Below are positions 45,707 through 56,274 of a stretch of 64,000 nt of DNA, piece by piece; position 1 is the stretch's first letter; each line of letters starts with the position of its first letter. The position numbers were made by a program, and so were the translations under genes. The notes beneath the pieces are model-generated. The model worked only from the letters and a program-made list of their open reading frames with translations. It had not been told where the DNA came from and did no database searches. Source of the DNA: an uncultured Chloroflexia bacterium. Its GTDB lineage: Bacteria; Chloroflexota; Anaerolineae; JAAYZQ01. The stretch is from contig CAVOXA010000001.1 in assembly GCA_963700285.1 (NCBI GenBank), positions 96,001-160,000 on the forward strand, read 5' to 3'.

Positions 45707-48118
45707 CTAGAACGTCTGCGACCCGATGTCTGATAGCCAGCGTTGCATTCTTGCCTGCTGTTCTCCGGGATCCTTGGTCCGGAGCAGGGGCCGTCCCCGT
45801 GCATCGATAATGACCCCCAAAGCGCCACCTTCGACCTCTTTTGTTACAGCCTGTCCTCTGGCCCCCATGCCCAAGGCGAAACGATTGGTAGGCCGGATCT
45901 CCAAGATTGCCCTGTGTCCGGCAGGCAATGGGAGTACTTTGAGCGAGCCAAATGGCACCCTCGCTTCCATGGCTCGACCATCTTTATACTCGATCTTGAC
46001 GGTCAGGGCAACTTTTCCCTCACGCGCTGTTCCCATGGGCGCCACCACGGTCCCCAGCCTCAGCAGGGCATCCCGCTCCAGTACTTGCAGGGCTGCCAAG
46101 GGGCTAACTGCTGCCACTGCACCTACGGCGGCTGCCAAGCCCAAACGATCCAAGGCCAGGCTGCTCATGCCCACCGGCTGCAGCCCATCGAGCAGAATGA
46201 GGGCTGCCAGACCAGGATGAGGGGCGCTGCCCAGTACCCCCCCCGCTCCAATGATCAGGTCGAACTGCGGTGTCGAGCCCGGGTGCGGAGCTGGCCCATT
46301 GGCGCGCTCTTGGGCGCAAGCGGTCATGGTCCAGCCCAAGATCTCACGGGCGATGGCCTGTTCCAGGAACAGATCCTGACGTGTCTGGGGCAGCGTGTGC
46401 GGGTGCAGTTCTTTGTTGTACAGTGCGTTGCGGGCCTCGGTTGCGTCCAGATGAAAGGGCAGCCAGCCCAGCAGCGACTCTAGCGGTACGTGGTCTAGGA
46501 TTCGGGCAGCCTGGTGGCTGGTACCCAGCTCACCGCATATGAACAGGTCAGGCAGCCTGTCCACCATGGTTGCCACTGCCGTTGTCGCGCCGCCCACATC
46601 CACGGCCAGGATATTGGCCAGATCTTTGTCAGGCTGCGCCAAACGCGCTCTGCTGTACTGGGCGAGATACTGGACTGTGAAGGCCAGTGCCCCGGCCGTT
46701 GGCAGCATCTGGGCAGAACTCCATGCTGCCATTGACCTATAGCCCGGCAAGTACTTTGTCGTATGCTGGTCGTGCAGGTCTTTAACAACGGCCCGAAGGG
46801 GGCCGAGATTCTCCATTTCCGCACTGGGCCGTACATCCTCCACGACCTGTAGTCTGGTGGCATCGCCGACAATACGGGATACTTCCTGCTGTAGAGATCG
46901 ATTGCCAGCATAGATGATAGGCGGGCAGCCAGCCGGCGCTCGCAGTGCATTGCAGGCCACGGTCATTGCCTCCACCGACCTCAGTATCGGTTCGCAACCG
47001 GTGCCAGCCTCACCACCTATCACCACAATGGCATCCGGGATTAGCTCTTGGACCAATCGGACCTGGCTTTCAATGTCCTCAGCAAGGACGTTTCCTGTCC
47101 GCCCATCCGCAATGACGAGACCCTCGATCACGGCATAGGAAAGGGACAAGGCGCGTCGGGCGCTTTCCACGGGTGCCTTATGGGTGGGGGCCGCCAGCAA
47201 AAGCCGTAGTGGGCCACTGGCGCTGGTGGTGAGCACCACTGCGTCTACCCCACCTCCTTGCCCTTCGGGACTGATGATTTGCCCCAGATCGTCCAGGATC
47301 CGCACACCAGTCATGCTGACCATCTGGCCCAGTGCCTGCCGGGCCGAGATGGCCATATCACTCCAAGGGGGCTGGAAGCTGCTGGGCGCTTTGGCCCAGG
47401 CGATCAGGCGGAACTCGTCCTCGACCAAGCCAATGAGGAAAGCTCGAGTCAGCGTGCTGCCACAATCAATGGCCAGGATCGACTCGATGGGATCACAAGG
47501 GGTAGTACTTGTTGTCCTATCATTCGCTCGCTCAGGTGATTGCACGAGCTGGGCACCGATTTCCGGCACCGTCCCTGCCGGCAGCGTCACAATCTCGGAA
47601 AAGTGGCGTGCAGCGTCCAAAATTCTTGCATGGCTCGCGCCAGCATCCTGGAAGCTATTCTCCGTGGAGCTAGATTTGGCCATCGCTCGCGAGGGAGACT
47701 GTGCTATCCAGTCCCCTACGGGCAATGGATCCTGAATGCCAGCCAGCAGATTGGATCCCGCAGAGATGAACCTGGGCACTGAAAACTCTATCCCCCCTTC
47801 CGCCATCAATGGACCGGGTGAGAGGGAAGGGTCCTCATCAGGTGGAGGGAGGTCTGCCAACCATGCTGGAGTCCCACTGCTATCCTTGAGAGAGGCAGGC
47901 AGGCTGTCCTCTTGTGCGGTCTGAGGATCTGTGACCTCCACAGAATGCGACGGTGATAATTGTTCCCCGCACTCGTTACAGAGTGCGTCGGCAATAGGGT
48001 TCAGCGCCCCACACCGGGAACACTTGATCTGCATCGAGAGATCGAACTTGACCCCACACTCGTTGCAGTAATTGCTACCGCGGCGGTTAGCGGTCCCGCA
48101 AAGGGGACAGTAGATCAT
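45707..48118 (-). CDS. Glutamate mutase L (GlmL/MutL)-like actin-fold ATPase with N-terminal double zinc ribbon
   Basis: CPLC/CNEC/CSRC/CNEC; AIDCGSTLT, TTSASG, AVDVGGATT, LILLDGLQP.G, IIDARGRP. Confidence 0.8.
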   Translation of the reverse strand: MIYCPLCGTANRRGSNYCNECGVKFDLSMQIKCSRCGALNPIADALCNECGEQLSPSHSVEVTDPQTAQEDSLPASLKDSSGTPAWLADLPPPDEDPSLSPGPLMAEGGIEFSVPRFISAGSNLLAGIQDPLPVGDWIAQSPSRAMAKSSSTENSFQDAGASHARILDAARHFSEIVTLPAGTVPEIGAQLVQSPERANDRTTSTTPCDPIESILAIDCGSTLTRAFLIGLVEDEFRLIAWAKAPSSFQPPWSDMAISARQALGQMVSMTGVRILDDLGQIISPEGQGGGVDAVVLTTSASGPLRLLLAAPTHKAPVESARRALSLSYAVIEGLVIADGRTGNVLAEDIESQVRLVQELIPDAIVVIGGEAGTGCEPILRSVEAMTVACNALRAPAGCPPIIYAGNRSLQQEVSRIVGDATRLQVVEDVRPSAEMENLGPLRAVVKDLHDQHTTKYLPGYRSMAAWSSAQMLPTAGALAFTVQYLAQYSRARLAQPDKDLANILAVDVGGATTAVATMVDRLPDLFICGELGTSHQAARILDHVPLESLLGWLPFHLDATEARNALYNKELHPHTLPQTRQDLFLEQAIAREILGWTMTACAQERANGPAPHPGSTPQFDLIIGAGGVLGSAPHPGLAALILLDGLQPVGMSSLALDRLGLAAAVGAVAAVSPLAALQVLERDALLRLGTVVAPMGTAREGKVALTVKIEYKDGRAMEARVPFGSLKVLPLPAGHRAILEIRPTNRFALGMGARGQAVTKEVEGGALGVIIDARGRPLLRTKDPGEQQARMQRWLSDIGSQTF

Positions 48119-48429
48119 CTTAGCCTCGATCTGGTCCAGGACTCGGGTACCCATGTACCTGTGATGACACATGGGTTGCCGCTGTGAGACTGGCCCCGCC
48201 TGCATGTTCGCCTGGTCTAGAAGCTCTTGGAGTTATCCGCTGGGTTCTTGTTTTGGCTCTCACAATGTCAGCCGGATGACAGCCGTGAGAGCAAAGTATA
48301 CCATGCCTCAGCCTGTTGGGCAAGTTGCTTTTGGAAACGTGGGATATCGCACCCGCAGGCACGTCAGCATCCTCGCTCCTTGAAGGGTTTCTAACCGTAC
48401 CTGGGGGAAACAGAAATGCCGTGAAGGAT

Positions 48430-48458
48430 TTGACACGGAAGGATGAGAGGAGTATAAT
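48430..48458 (+). promoter_or_regulatory. Consensus sigma70 promoter of mgtE
   Basis: TTGACA, 17-bp spacer, TATAAT. Confidence 0.8.
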
Positions 48459-48519
48459 CTTCTCCAGGATGAAAGAGATGGAAGCGGACGACGGGTCCGC
48501 AGCGCATAGCAGGAGACGT

Positions 48520-48617
48520 ATGTCCCGTCACCAGGCTATCAACCACATAGCTTAGCCCCCCGGAAGGCCACCAGATCTTTGTGCTCTGAGCCTCCGGGAG
48601 GGTTTGTTCCCGGAGGC
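48520..48617 (+). promoter_or_regulatory. mgtE leader: short uORF plus RBS-sequestering hairpin
   Basis: AGGAGA then MSRHQAINHIA* (48520-48555); GCCTCCGGGA/TCCCGGAGGC stem (48590-48617) covers GGAGG. Confidence 0.55.
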
Positions 48618-48623
48618 GATCTC

Positions 48624-49988
48624 ATGGATACTTTCGTCATGGATGATGTCTTGGCGCAGGTGCGGATCGCGCTGGAGCGCGACGACCTGGCTGGCGCGGC
48701 TGCTGTGATCGAGGCCCTGCAGCCAGCCGACCAAGCTGACCTGGTAGAGGAACTGACTGATGCTGACCAAGTTGCATTGCTCAGCCAGCTCGATCCTGCC
48801 GATTCGGCCAACGTCCTAGAAGAGATGGAGGACGGGGACGCGGCAGCCCTGGCAGAACGACTCCCCGTGGCCGATCTGGCTGACATCCTGGATGCAATGG
48901 AGGCAGACGAGGCGGCTGACGTCTTGGGAGACCTGTCGCCGGAGCTGGCCGCCGAGGCCATGCGTGAGATGGAGGAGGCCGAAGATGTTCTCTCCCTGCT
49001 GCGCTATCCGGACGACACGGCGGGTGGCCTGATGACGCCGGCCGTCGTCACGCTGCGAAGGGACTGGCGAGCCGAGAATGCCTTGCAGGAGTTGCGCCGT
49101 GCCGAGCCCGCTGCGGATAGCGTCTTTTATCTATTTGTGACAGACACTGAAGGAACCTTGAAGGGAGTCGTGGGCCTGCGCGACCTGGTAGTCGCTGCGC
49201 CAGAGACCACCATTGAAGCGATGATGGATCCCAACGTCGTCTCGGTTCCGGTCACTGCTGACCAGGAGGTCTGTGCCCGTACGCTCTCCCGCTACGGGTT
49301 CCTGGCCCTGCCCGTGGTCGACGAGATAGGCCGGTTGGTGGGTGTGATCACCGCCGACGACTTGATCGAGGTGGCCGAGGACGAGGCTACAGAGGACATG
49401 TATCGGATGGTGGGCATCACCGGCGAAGAGCAGGTCTGGGGACCGCTGCATGCTTCGGTGCTCAAGCGACTGCCCTGGCTGGCGATCAACATGGTGACCC
49501 TATTCGTGGCCATCACCGTGGTAGACTTTTTTGAGCCGGTCATCGCTGGGATGGTGATCTTGGCTGTCTTTCTGCCACTGGTGTCTGGTGAGGGGGGCAA
49601 TGCCGGCAGCCAGACCACGACGGTGATCGTGCGAGGTATGGCTCTAGGAGAGGTAGACGAGAACAATGGACTCCGCACGCTCAGAAAAGAATTTGCAGCG
49701 GCGCTGATCAACGGCACGGTTATTGGGTTGGGGACCGGGCTGGCCATCTATTTTTGGAAAGGAGAGTGGGTGATCTCCCTGGCGGTCACGCTGGCCATGA
49801 TCCTCAATTTTCTGATGGCCGCCCTGGCCGGTGTACTGGTACCTCTGGGATTGAAGGCCGCCAAGGTGGATCCGGCGCTAGCTTCGGCCGCCTTTGTCAC
49901 CGGCATCACCGACACGATGGGCTTTCTCTTTTTCCTGGGGATCGCGACGCTCCTGATGGCCGCCGTGTCAGCCTATACCGGGGGCTGA
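48624..49988 (+). CDS. mgtE: Magnesium transporter MgtE
   Basis: MgtE_N, YPDDTAGGLMT, CBS pair, RLPWL, GGNAGSQ, DPALAS..FVTG.TD. Confidence 0.95.
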   Translation: MDTFVMDDVLAQVRIALERDDLAGAAAVIEALQPADQADLVEELTDADQVALLSQLDPADSANVLEEMEDGDAAALAERLPVADLADILDAMEADEAADVLGDLSPELAAEAMREMEEAEDVLSLLRYPDDTAGGLMTPAVVTLRRDWRAENALQELRRAEPAADSVFYLFVTDTEGTLKGVVGLRDLVVAAPETTIEAMMDPNVVSVPVTADQEVCARTLSRYGFLALPVVDEIGRLVGVITADDLIEVAEDEATEDMYRMVGITGEEQVWGPLHASVLKRLPWLAINMVTLFVAITVVDFFEPVIAGMVILAVFLPLVSGEGGNAGSQTTTVIVRGMALGEVDENNGLRTLRKEFAAALINGTVIGLGTGLAIYFWKGEWVISLAVTLAMILNFLMAALAGVLVPLGLKAAKVDPALASAAFVTGITDTMGFLFFLGIATLLMAAVSAYTGG

Positions 49989-50021
49989 TTCCACCGGGGA
50001 CGCCGGGAAGATGACCGGCTG

Positions 50022-50474
50022 TTAAACATCAAGCCAGCGACCATGGGTCTCGCCACTGCTGCGAAAGTCGATGCCCGAACCATAGATCTGCCAAATGATG
50101 GCGTACCGATCCCGAAAGGTGAGGGATTTGGGCCTGTCCTCCCATAACTCGGCGTCCGAGGGCAGCCGTTTCCGGATGCGGGAGATTTCTCGGGGTGGCA
50201 TGTTGAGGCCGACCATATAGATCTGGCCGGGTTGGGGGTTCCCCGGGAACAGGGCCAGCACCAGAGACCCGCGCCTGAGCGCAAGCATATTTAGCTCAAT
50301 CCCCGCAGCTTCAGCATCCTCCCATGTCTTGTCAGGAGGCAAAGTATACCACAGGTTGTCCTCCAGATGGGCCTCGCGGCCGATGAGGTCCATCCCAAAA
50401 AGGCGCTGGTAGTACTGTTCAGCTTCCCGGAGGTCGGGGACGAATAGGGCGATGTGTCTGACTGTTGCGGCCAT
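50022..50474 (-). CDS. VOC/glyoxalase family protein
   Basis: RHIALFVPDL..AE.YY..LFG; FRDRYAIIWQI. Confidence 0.8.
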   Translation of the reverse strand: MAATVRHIALFVPDLREAEQYYQRLFGMDLIGREAHLEDNLWYTLPPDKTWEDAEAAGIELNMLALRRGSLVLALFPGNPQPGQIYMVGLNMPPREISRIRKRLPSDAELWEDRPKSLTFRDRYAIIWQIYGSGIDFRSSGETHGRWLDV

Positions 50475-50478
50475 CTCG

Positions 50479-51888
50479 CTAGGCTCCTGATAATTGTATC
50501 TCTTCTCCGGGCTGAGGGACGACCGTGTTTTGGGCACCTATGTCACGGAAGCTGCTGGCGGCGGCCAGGCTAGCCGGTTCCTCACCGTGGACTACAAAGA
50601 CACCTTTAAGTCTCTCTGCGCCCAATTGACGGACATAGTCTTGCAGACCATCCCGGTCGGCGTGGGCGCTAAAGCCATTGATCGTCTCCACGTCCGCGTT
50701 CAGGCGGTATTCTTCCCCAAAAATCTTGACTTTCGGCTTGTGCTCGACCAAGCGCCGGCCCAGGGTGTAGGGGGACTGCCAGCCAACAATGAGAACTGTA
50801 TTGCGGGGGTCCTCAATGTTGTTCTTCAGATGGTGCAGAATACGCCCGGCTTCGCACATGCCCGAGGCGCTGATTATGATCGCTGGGTCCTGTAAGAAGT
50901 TCAGTTCCTTGGACTGCTCTACCGAACGGATGTAGGTCAACCGCTGGAAGCCAAAGGGATCACGATAGTGGTTGTCAGCCATAAACTCTTTCAATTCCTC
51001 GTCGTAACATTCCGGGTGCAGGCGAAAGATCTCGGTGACGTTAACTGACAAAGGGCTGTCCACAAAGATGGGCAACTCTGGCAGGTCTCGGGCTTTGATC
51101 AGGCGGTGTAGGGCGTAGACCAATTCCTGGGTACGTCCTACCGAAAAGGCAGGGACGATCACCTTGCCGCCCCGTCGGTAGGTTTTCAGCACGACATCCT
51201 TCAATGCCTCATCTGTTGTCTCAATGGGAGGGTGGCGCCGGTCGCCGTAGGTACTCTCGATGATGAGATAGTCCACGTCATCAACCAACTGGGGATCCCT
51301 GAGGATGGGTTTCCCTGCGCGGCCCAGGTCTCCAGAAAAGACCAGGCGCGTCTGCTCGTCACCTTCTTGGATATCCAGTACCGTGACGGCTGAGCCGAGG
51401 ATATGGCCTGCATCACGGAAAGAGAGGGTCACTCCCGGCGAAACCAGCAGGGGGCGGTCGTAGCCCAAGCTGACAAAGTTGCCCAGGCTGGCCGTGGCGT
51501 CCTCCACAGTGTAGAGAGGTTCCAGCGGTTCTTGGCCCCTCCTGGCACGCTGTTTGTTCACATAGATGGTATCCTGTTCCTGTATGTGCCCGGCATCCCG
51601 CAGCATGGCCGAACAGAGATCGCGGCTGGCCGGCGTGGTAAAGATGTTGCCCCGGAAGCCATTCTTGACCAGCGAGGGGATGTTGCCCGAGTGGTCAATG
51701 TGAGCGTGCGACAAGATCATGGTGTCGATGGTTTTGGGGTCGAAGGGCAGATTGCGGTTGCGCTCAAAGCTCTCTTTGCGGCGTCCCTGAACCAGCCCGC
51801 AATCGAGCAGAATACGCGAGCCGTTGACGGTGAGCAAGTGCATTGAGCCGGTCACGGTGCGCACAGCACCCAGAAACTGTACCTTCAT
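50479..51888 (-). CDS. MBL-fold beta-CASP metallo-hydrolase (RNA-processing family)
   Basis: VTGS, SHAHIDHSG, AGHILGS, FSGDLG, ESTYG, FSAHAD, VHGE. Confidence 0.93.
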   Translation of the reverse strand: MKVQFLGAVRTVTGSMHLLTVNGSRILLDCGLVQGRRKESFERNRNLPFDPKTIDTMILSHAHIDHSGNIPSLVKNGFRGNIFTTPASRDLCSAMLRDAGHIQEQDTIYVNKQRARRGQEPLEPLYTVEDATASLGNFVSLGYDRPLLVSPGVTLSFRDAGHILGSAVTVLDIQEGDEQTRLVFSGDLGRAGKPILRDPQLVDDVDYLIIESTYGDRRHPPIETTDEALKDVVLKTYRRGGKVIVPAFSVGRTQELVYALHRLIKARDLPELPIFVDSPLSVNVTEIFRLHPECYDEELKEFMADNHYRDPFGFQRLTYIRSVEQSKELNFLQDPAIIISASGMCEAGRILHHLKNNIEDPRNTVLIVGWQSPYTLGRRLVEHKPKVKIFGEEYRLNADVETINGFSAHADRDGLQDYVRQLGAERLKGVFVVHGEEPASLAAASSFRDIGAQNTVVPQPGEEIQLSGA

Positions 51889-51927
51889 CTGATTCTCCTC
51901 CTCGTTCGATCCGTTTTGGCGCGCATC

Positions 51928-52842
51928 CTAGATCCAACGCCGCTTTCTGAAATAGAGCAACATGCCCCCTACCATAAGTACCATAAGCAGCAGGATCAAG
52001 ACAAGGGCGAAAGGACTATGCTCGAGCGGCAGATGGACGTTCATACCATAGATCCCCGACAGCAGGGTCAGCGGCAGCATAATGAAAGAGATGATAGTCA
52101 GGATCTTTATGACCTCGTTGATGCGGTAGGAAGTCAGAGTATTGGCCGTATCGCTCAGTCCGTCGATGACGTCGCGGTGGTCTTCGAGCATGTCCCAGAC
52201 TTTGTACAGGTGATCCAGCACGTCACCGAAATAGACATCCAGGCCCTCGCGGATAAAGGGTCGGTCACCCTGCTCCAGGCTGGCCACAATCGCGATCTGC
52301 GGCTTTACAATGCGCCGCAGGGCGATGATGTCCCGGCGTACCCACGAAAGCTCACGTACGATGTCCGGGACCTGTTCCGTAAAGATGTCTTCCTCGATCT
52401 CGCGAATGTTGGTGCCCACTTTGTAGAGAATGGGAAAGCAATAGTCGACCAGGCCGTCGATGAGATCGTGGAGCAGGCGGCTCGAACCCCGGCCCATGTG
52501 CTTCTGACGGATCTGCTCATCGGCCTGACAACTGTCAAAGAGGTGAGTGATGGGCCACAGGTTCCCATCGTGTAGGGTTACCAGGTAGCCAGCACCGATA
52601 AACATATCCACCTCGCCGGGCCTGCTGACGCGATGGTCATGATCAAAAACGGGGAACTGCATGATGATAAAGAGATAATCGTCGTACTCGTCGATCTTGG
52701 GCCGCTCGATACGGCTCAGGCAATCCTCCAGATCCAATGGGTGGAAGGGGTACTGCTGCCGCAGGGTTTCCATGTCCTGCGGCGTAGGCTTTTCGATGTT
52801 GACCCAGGTCACCTGACCGTGGGTGAGCGCTTTGGCGCCCAT
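51928..52842 (-). CDS. corA: CorA family Mg/Co transporter
   Basis: HPLDLEDC...RPK, YGMN signature, two C-terminal TMs. Confidence 0.93.
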   Translation of the reverse strand: MGAKALTHGQVTWVNIEKPTPQDMETLRQQYPFHPLDLEDCLSRIERPKIDEYDDYLFIIMQFPVFDHDHRVSRPGEVDMFIGAGYLVTLHDGNLWPITHLFDSCQADEQIRQKHMGRGSSRLLHDLIDGLVDYCFPILYKVGTNIREIEEDIFTEQVPDIVRELSWVRRDIIALRRIVKPQIAIVASLEQGDRPFIREGLDVYFGDVLDHLYKVWDMLEDHRDVIDGLSDTANTLTSYRINEVIKILTIISFIMLPLTLLSGIYGMNVHLPLEHSPFALVLILLLMVLMVGGMLLYFRKRRWI

Positions 52843-53128
52843 GGCCGCCTCCTGCCTGCTGAGAGGGGGGAAATGGAGCTTCCCCCTGTGGCCCTCCATT
52901 ATCGCCCCACGGGTTGAAAAAGTCAAATTCTCTGTGGGTTGGCCCAGGGGCAGCAGGCGGACCAAAATAAAATGCAGACCAAGAAAACCAAGTATCGACA
53001 GAACGGGTCTCTCTTAGTTGCTGCTTGCTGTATTCTAGAGTATAATGCGGAGAGTTGGACGGACTTATTGTGCATTGTGTCCGGTACTGCCCGGGATTCG
53101 GGCGTGCCACTCGGGACGCGGGGGAGCC

Positions 53129-54811
53129 ATGCCGACAATCCTTCAGACTTTTCGCCACTTGCGACGCTACCAGCAGATTGCGCGCATCCTGACCCGCTAT
53201 GGCTTTGGCTACATCTTGACCCAGCTAGGCATCGGCCGGGCCATTACACCGGGACTGGAGAAGCTGCACTTTAGCTCCTCCGAGATCCTGCGCGCCACGC
53301 CCCCCGAGCGGGTGCGGATGGCTATCGAAGAGCTGGGGCCGACGTTCATCAAGCTCGGCCAGATCCTCAGTACTCGCAACGACATCATACCGCCGGAATA
53401 TACCAGGGAACTGGAAAAACTACAGGATACTGTACCGCCCACCGATTTTGAGCTGATCCAGGCCCAGGTGGAGAAGGAGTTGAAGAAGCCTCTGGACGAG
53501 GTGTTTCCTACTTTTGACCACGTACCGGTGGCCTCGGCGTCGCTGGGGCAGGTCCATTTCGCCACGTTGGTCGACGGCAAGGAGGTAGCGGTCAAGGTTC
53601 TTCGTCCAGGCGTGGATAAGCTGATCGAGACGGACCTGGACATCCTGCTTGAGCTGGCCGCCCTAGCCGAGAAGCGTACCGATTGGGGCGAGTATTACGG
53701 CGCCATGTCTCTGGCCCAGGAGTTTGCGGAGACGCTGCGCAATGAACAAAACTATGAGCAAGAGGGCCACAACATCGAGCGCTACCAGCAGATGTTCGCC
53801 GGTGAGGGCTATGTCCACGTGCCCAGGGTCTATTGGGAGACCACGACCCGGCGCGTCCTGACTATGGAGCGTCTGGCGGGCATCAAGATCACTGATGTAA
53901 AGGCTCTAGATGCGGCTGGCCTGGATCGCAAGATTGTAGCCCGTAACAACATTGCCATCCTGCTCAAAGCGGTCCTGCATGATGGTCTCTTTCACGCCGA
54001 CCCCCACGCGGGAAATTTTATGGTCATGCCCAGAGAAGTGATCGCCATGATCGATTTTGGCATCATGGGCCACCTGGATCCGATACAGCGCCTGGGACTT
54101 GTCCAACTCTTTGTCGGCCTGTTTCGTCAGGAGACCGACCGGGTGATAGACGCTCTCGCCGACCTGGGCATTGCCACCAGGGCGGCCGACAGGCGCAACC
54201 TGGCGCGTGATCTGGACCGCCTGCGCATGCGCTACTATGGCCTGGACCTGGAAAAGATCCGGGCCCGGTCCTTCGTCGAGGACCTGATGGACCTGGCCTT
54301 TGCCAATCGTCTGAAGATGCCCAGCGACCTGGTGCTGGTTTTTAAGGCAATTGCCATGCTGGAGGGCATCAGCCTGCGGCTCGATCCAGAAATTAACGTC
54401 TTTAGCGAGGTGGAGCCCTACGTGCGCGACGCCCTGTTGGAGCTGCAATCGCCGGTGACCCGGCTCAAGACGCTGACGGAGCAGATGCGCGAATCGGCTG
54501 AAGCGATGATGATGTTGCCCAAACAGCTCCAACGGATGCTGGAAGGGATGGAGGCCGGCGAGGGAAACCTGAGCATGACCATGAAAGGGCTGGATGGGCC
54601 CACTCAGCGGATCACGGCGGCCGCCAACCGGATGGTCATGGCTTTGCTGGCCGTCGCTTTCATTCTTGGGCCGGCTATCCTTGTTCCCCGCCTCAACGAG
54701 GTCTTTCCCGAATTTCGGGTGGGCGCTATCATCCTTGTGCTGGTGGGGTTCGGCCTATCCGGGCTGATCACGTTGGTGCTGCTCTGGTCGATATGGCGTT
54801 CGGGGCGGTGA
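53129..54811 (+). CDS. ABC1/UbiB/AarF family atypical kinase
   Basis: LGPTFIKLGQ, ASASLGQVH, VAVKV.RP, FHADPHAGN, DFG. Confidence 0.93.
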   Translation: MPTILQTFRHLRRYQQIARILTRYGFGYILTQLGIGRAITPGLEKLHFSSSEILRATPPERVRMAIEELGPTFIKLGQILSTRNDIIPPEYTRELEKLQDTVPPTDFELIQAQVEKELKKPLDEVFPTFDHVPVASASLGQVHFATLVDGKEVAVKVLRPGVDKLIETDLDILLELAALAEKRTDWGEYYGAMSLAQEFAETLRNEQNYEQEGHNIERYQQMFAGEGYVHVPRVYWETTTRRVLTMERLAGIKITDVKALDAAGLDRKIVARNNIAILLKAVLHDGLFHADPHAGNFMVMPREVIAMIDFGIMGHLDPIQRLGLVQLFVGLFRQETDRVIDALADLGIATRAADRRNLARDLDRLRMRYYGLDLEKIRARSFVEDLMDLAFANRLKMPSDLVLVFKAIAMLEGISLRLDPEINVFSEVEPYVRDALLELQSPVTRLKTLTEQMRESAEAMMMLPKQLQRMLEGMEAGEGNLSMTMKGLDGPTQRITAAANRMVMALLAVAFILGPAILVPRLNEVFPEFRVGAIILVLVGFGLSGLITLVLLWSIWRSGR

Positions 54812-54814
54812 GCT

Positions 54815-55756
54815 GTGGAGCAGATTAAGCAAGGTTTTGAGCGGCTGTACATGCCTGCGGACCGGCTGGTAGGTGGGCGGCTGACCGTCTTGGTCCGGGC
54901 CGCGGTGGCCTTTGATCAGGACGACAGTGCAGTGATGTCCCGTTCGATCGCCTTCTATGCCCTGTTTTCCCTTTTTCCCCTCTTGCTGCTCGTGATGACC
55001 TTTGCCAGTTCGGTGCTGGCTTCCGAAGCTGCCCTGGAGGTTGTCCTCGAAGCGGTGGACAATTTGATGCCCTTTGCCACCGAACTGGTCGCAGAGAATA
55101 TCCAACAGGTCCTCGAGTCGCGGAACACGATCGAGATCCTGGCTGGGATAGGCCTATTGTGGTCGGCCTCAGGCGTGTTCACGGCAATGTACCGGGCGGT
55201 GAACCGGGCCTGGGGGAATCCCAAGTCGGATCTATTTTGGGCTGAGAAACTTTACGGGCTGGTCGTCGTAATGGTGGCCGGGTTGCTTATTGTAACGACG
55301 ACCCTTTACAGCACCATCGTCAGCATAGTCCGAAGCTGGCAGGTGCCGTTTTGGGGCTGGCAGCCCTTTGCCGACCCGGCTAGCGGCCGCTGGGTGGGCT
55401 GGCTTTCGGCGCTGGTGCCAACTCTGATCAGTATCGTCACTTTCATCATCCTGTACCGGACCATGCCGCGCAACAAGATCGGCTGGCGCGACGTGTGGCT
55501 CGGCGGGCTGATTGCGGGCCTTCTTTGGGAAGCGGGCAGACAGCTCTACGCCTGGTACCTGGCCAATTTTGCCCGCTACAGCCTCGTCTACGGCTCGGTA
55601 GGGGTCATCATCGGCTTCCTGTTGTGGGCTTATCTGAGTGCCATGATTGTACTCATGGGAGCGGAATTCACAGCCCAGCATACCCAATGGCGGCGAGCCG
55701 GCCGCCCGATTGAGTCCCGTCCGCCACACCAATGGATTGAGGAGTGGCATAGGTGA
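54815..55756 (+). CDS. YihY/virulence factor BrkB family membrane protein
   Basis: IAFYALFSLFP, LWSAS, YGSVG.IIGFLLW.YLS..IVL.GAE. Confidence 0.92.
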   Translation: MEQIKQGFERLYMPADRLVGGRLTVLVRAAVAFDQDDSAVMSRSIAFYALFSLFPLLLLVMTFASSVLASEAALEVVLEAVDNLMPFATELVAENIQQVLESRNTIEILAGIGLLWSASGVFTAMYRAVNRAWGNPKSDLFWAEKLYGLVVVMVAGLLIVTTTLYSTIVSIVRSWQVPFWGWQPFADPASGRWVGWLSALVPTLISIVTFIILYRTMPRNKIGWRDVWLGGLIAGLLWEAGRQLYAWYLANFARYSLVYGSVGVIIGFLLWAYLSAMIVLMGAEFTAQHTQWRRAGRPIESRPPHQWIEEWHR

Positions 55757-56253
55757 ATGAACCGCTGAATACCATCGTGCTTGCGCTAACCTTGATAGCG
55801 ATGCTCATCGGGTTGATCGGCATCGTACTGCCCGTGATCCCGGGAACCATTATCATCTTTGTGGCCGCGTTCGTCTATGCCCTGGTCGAGGGTTTCCAAA
55901 TCGTCGGCTGGCCCACGCTGGTGGTTCTGGGCTTGCTGACCATCGTGGCCACAACCGCTGACATCTGGGCCAGCAGCGTGGGAGCCAAGGTGGGTGGGGC
56001 CAGCGGCTGGAGCGTATTGGTTGGATTGATTGGTGGCTTGGTGGGGTTTGTGGTATTCAGCTTGCCCGGGGCCATCCTGGGCGCCATTCTGGGAGTGCTA
56101 CTGACAGAGATCATCCGCGTGGGCGACTTGAGACAGGCGTTCAAGGCTGGAGGCGGTTGGGCTCTAGGGTGGGTGCTATCCACTGTTGTGCAATTGGGTA
56201 TTGGGCTGGTGATGGTAGCCATTTTCGTCTGGCAGGTGGTGCAGGGAGCGTAA
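55753..56253 (+). CDS. DUF456 family membrane protein
   Basis: GLIGIVLPVIPG, GAKVGGAS, PGAILGAILG. Confidence 0.85.
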   Translation: MNEPLNTIVLALTLIAMLIGLIGIVLPVIPGTIIIFVAAFVYALVEGFQIVGWPTLVVLGLLTIVATTADIWASSVGAKVGGASGWSVLVGLIGGLVGFVVFSLPGAILGAILGVLLTEIIRVGDLRQAFKAGGGWALGWVLSTVVQLGIGLVMVAIFVWQVVQGA

Positions 56254-56274
56254 GCAACTGGCGCCCGCGCCTTG

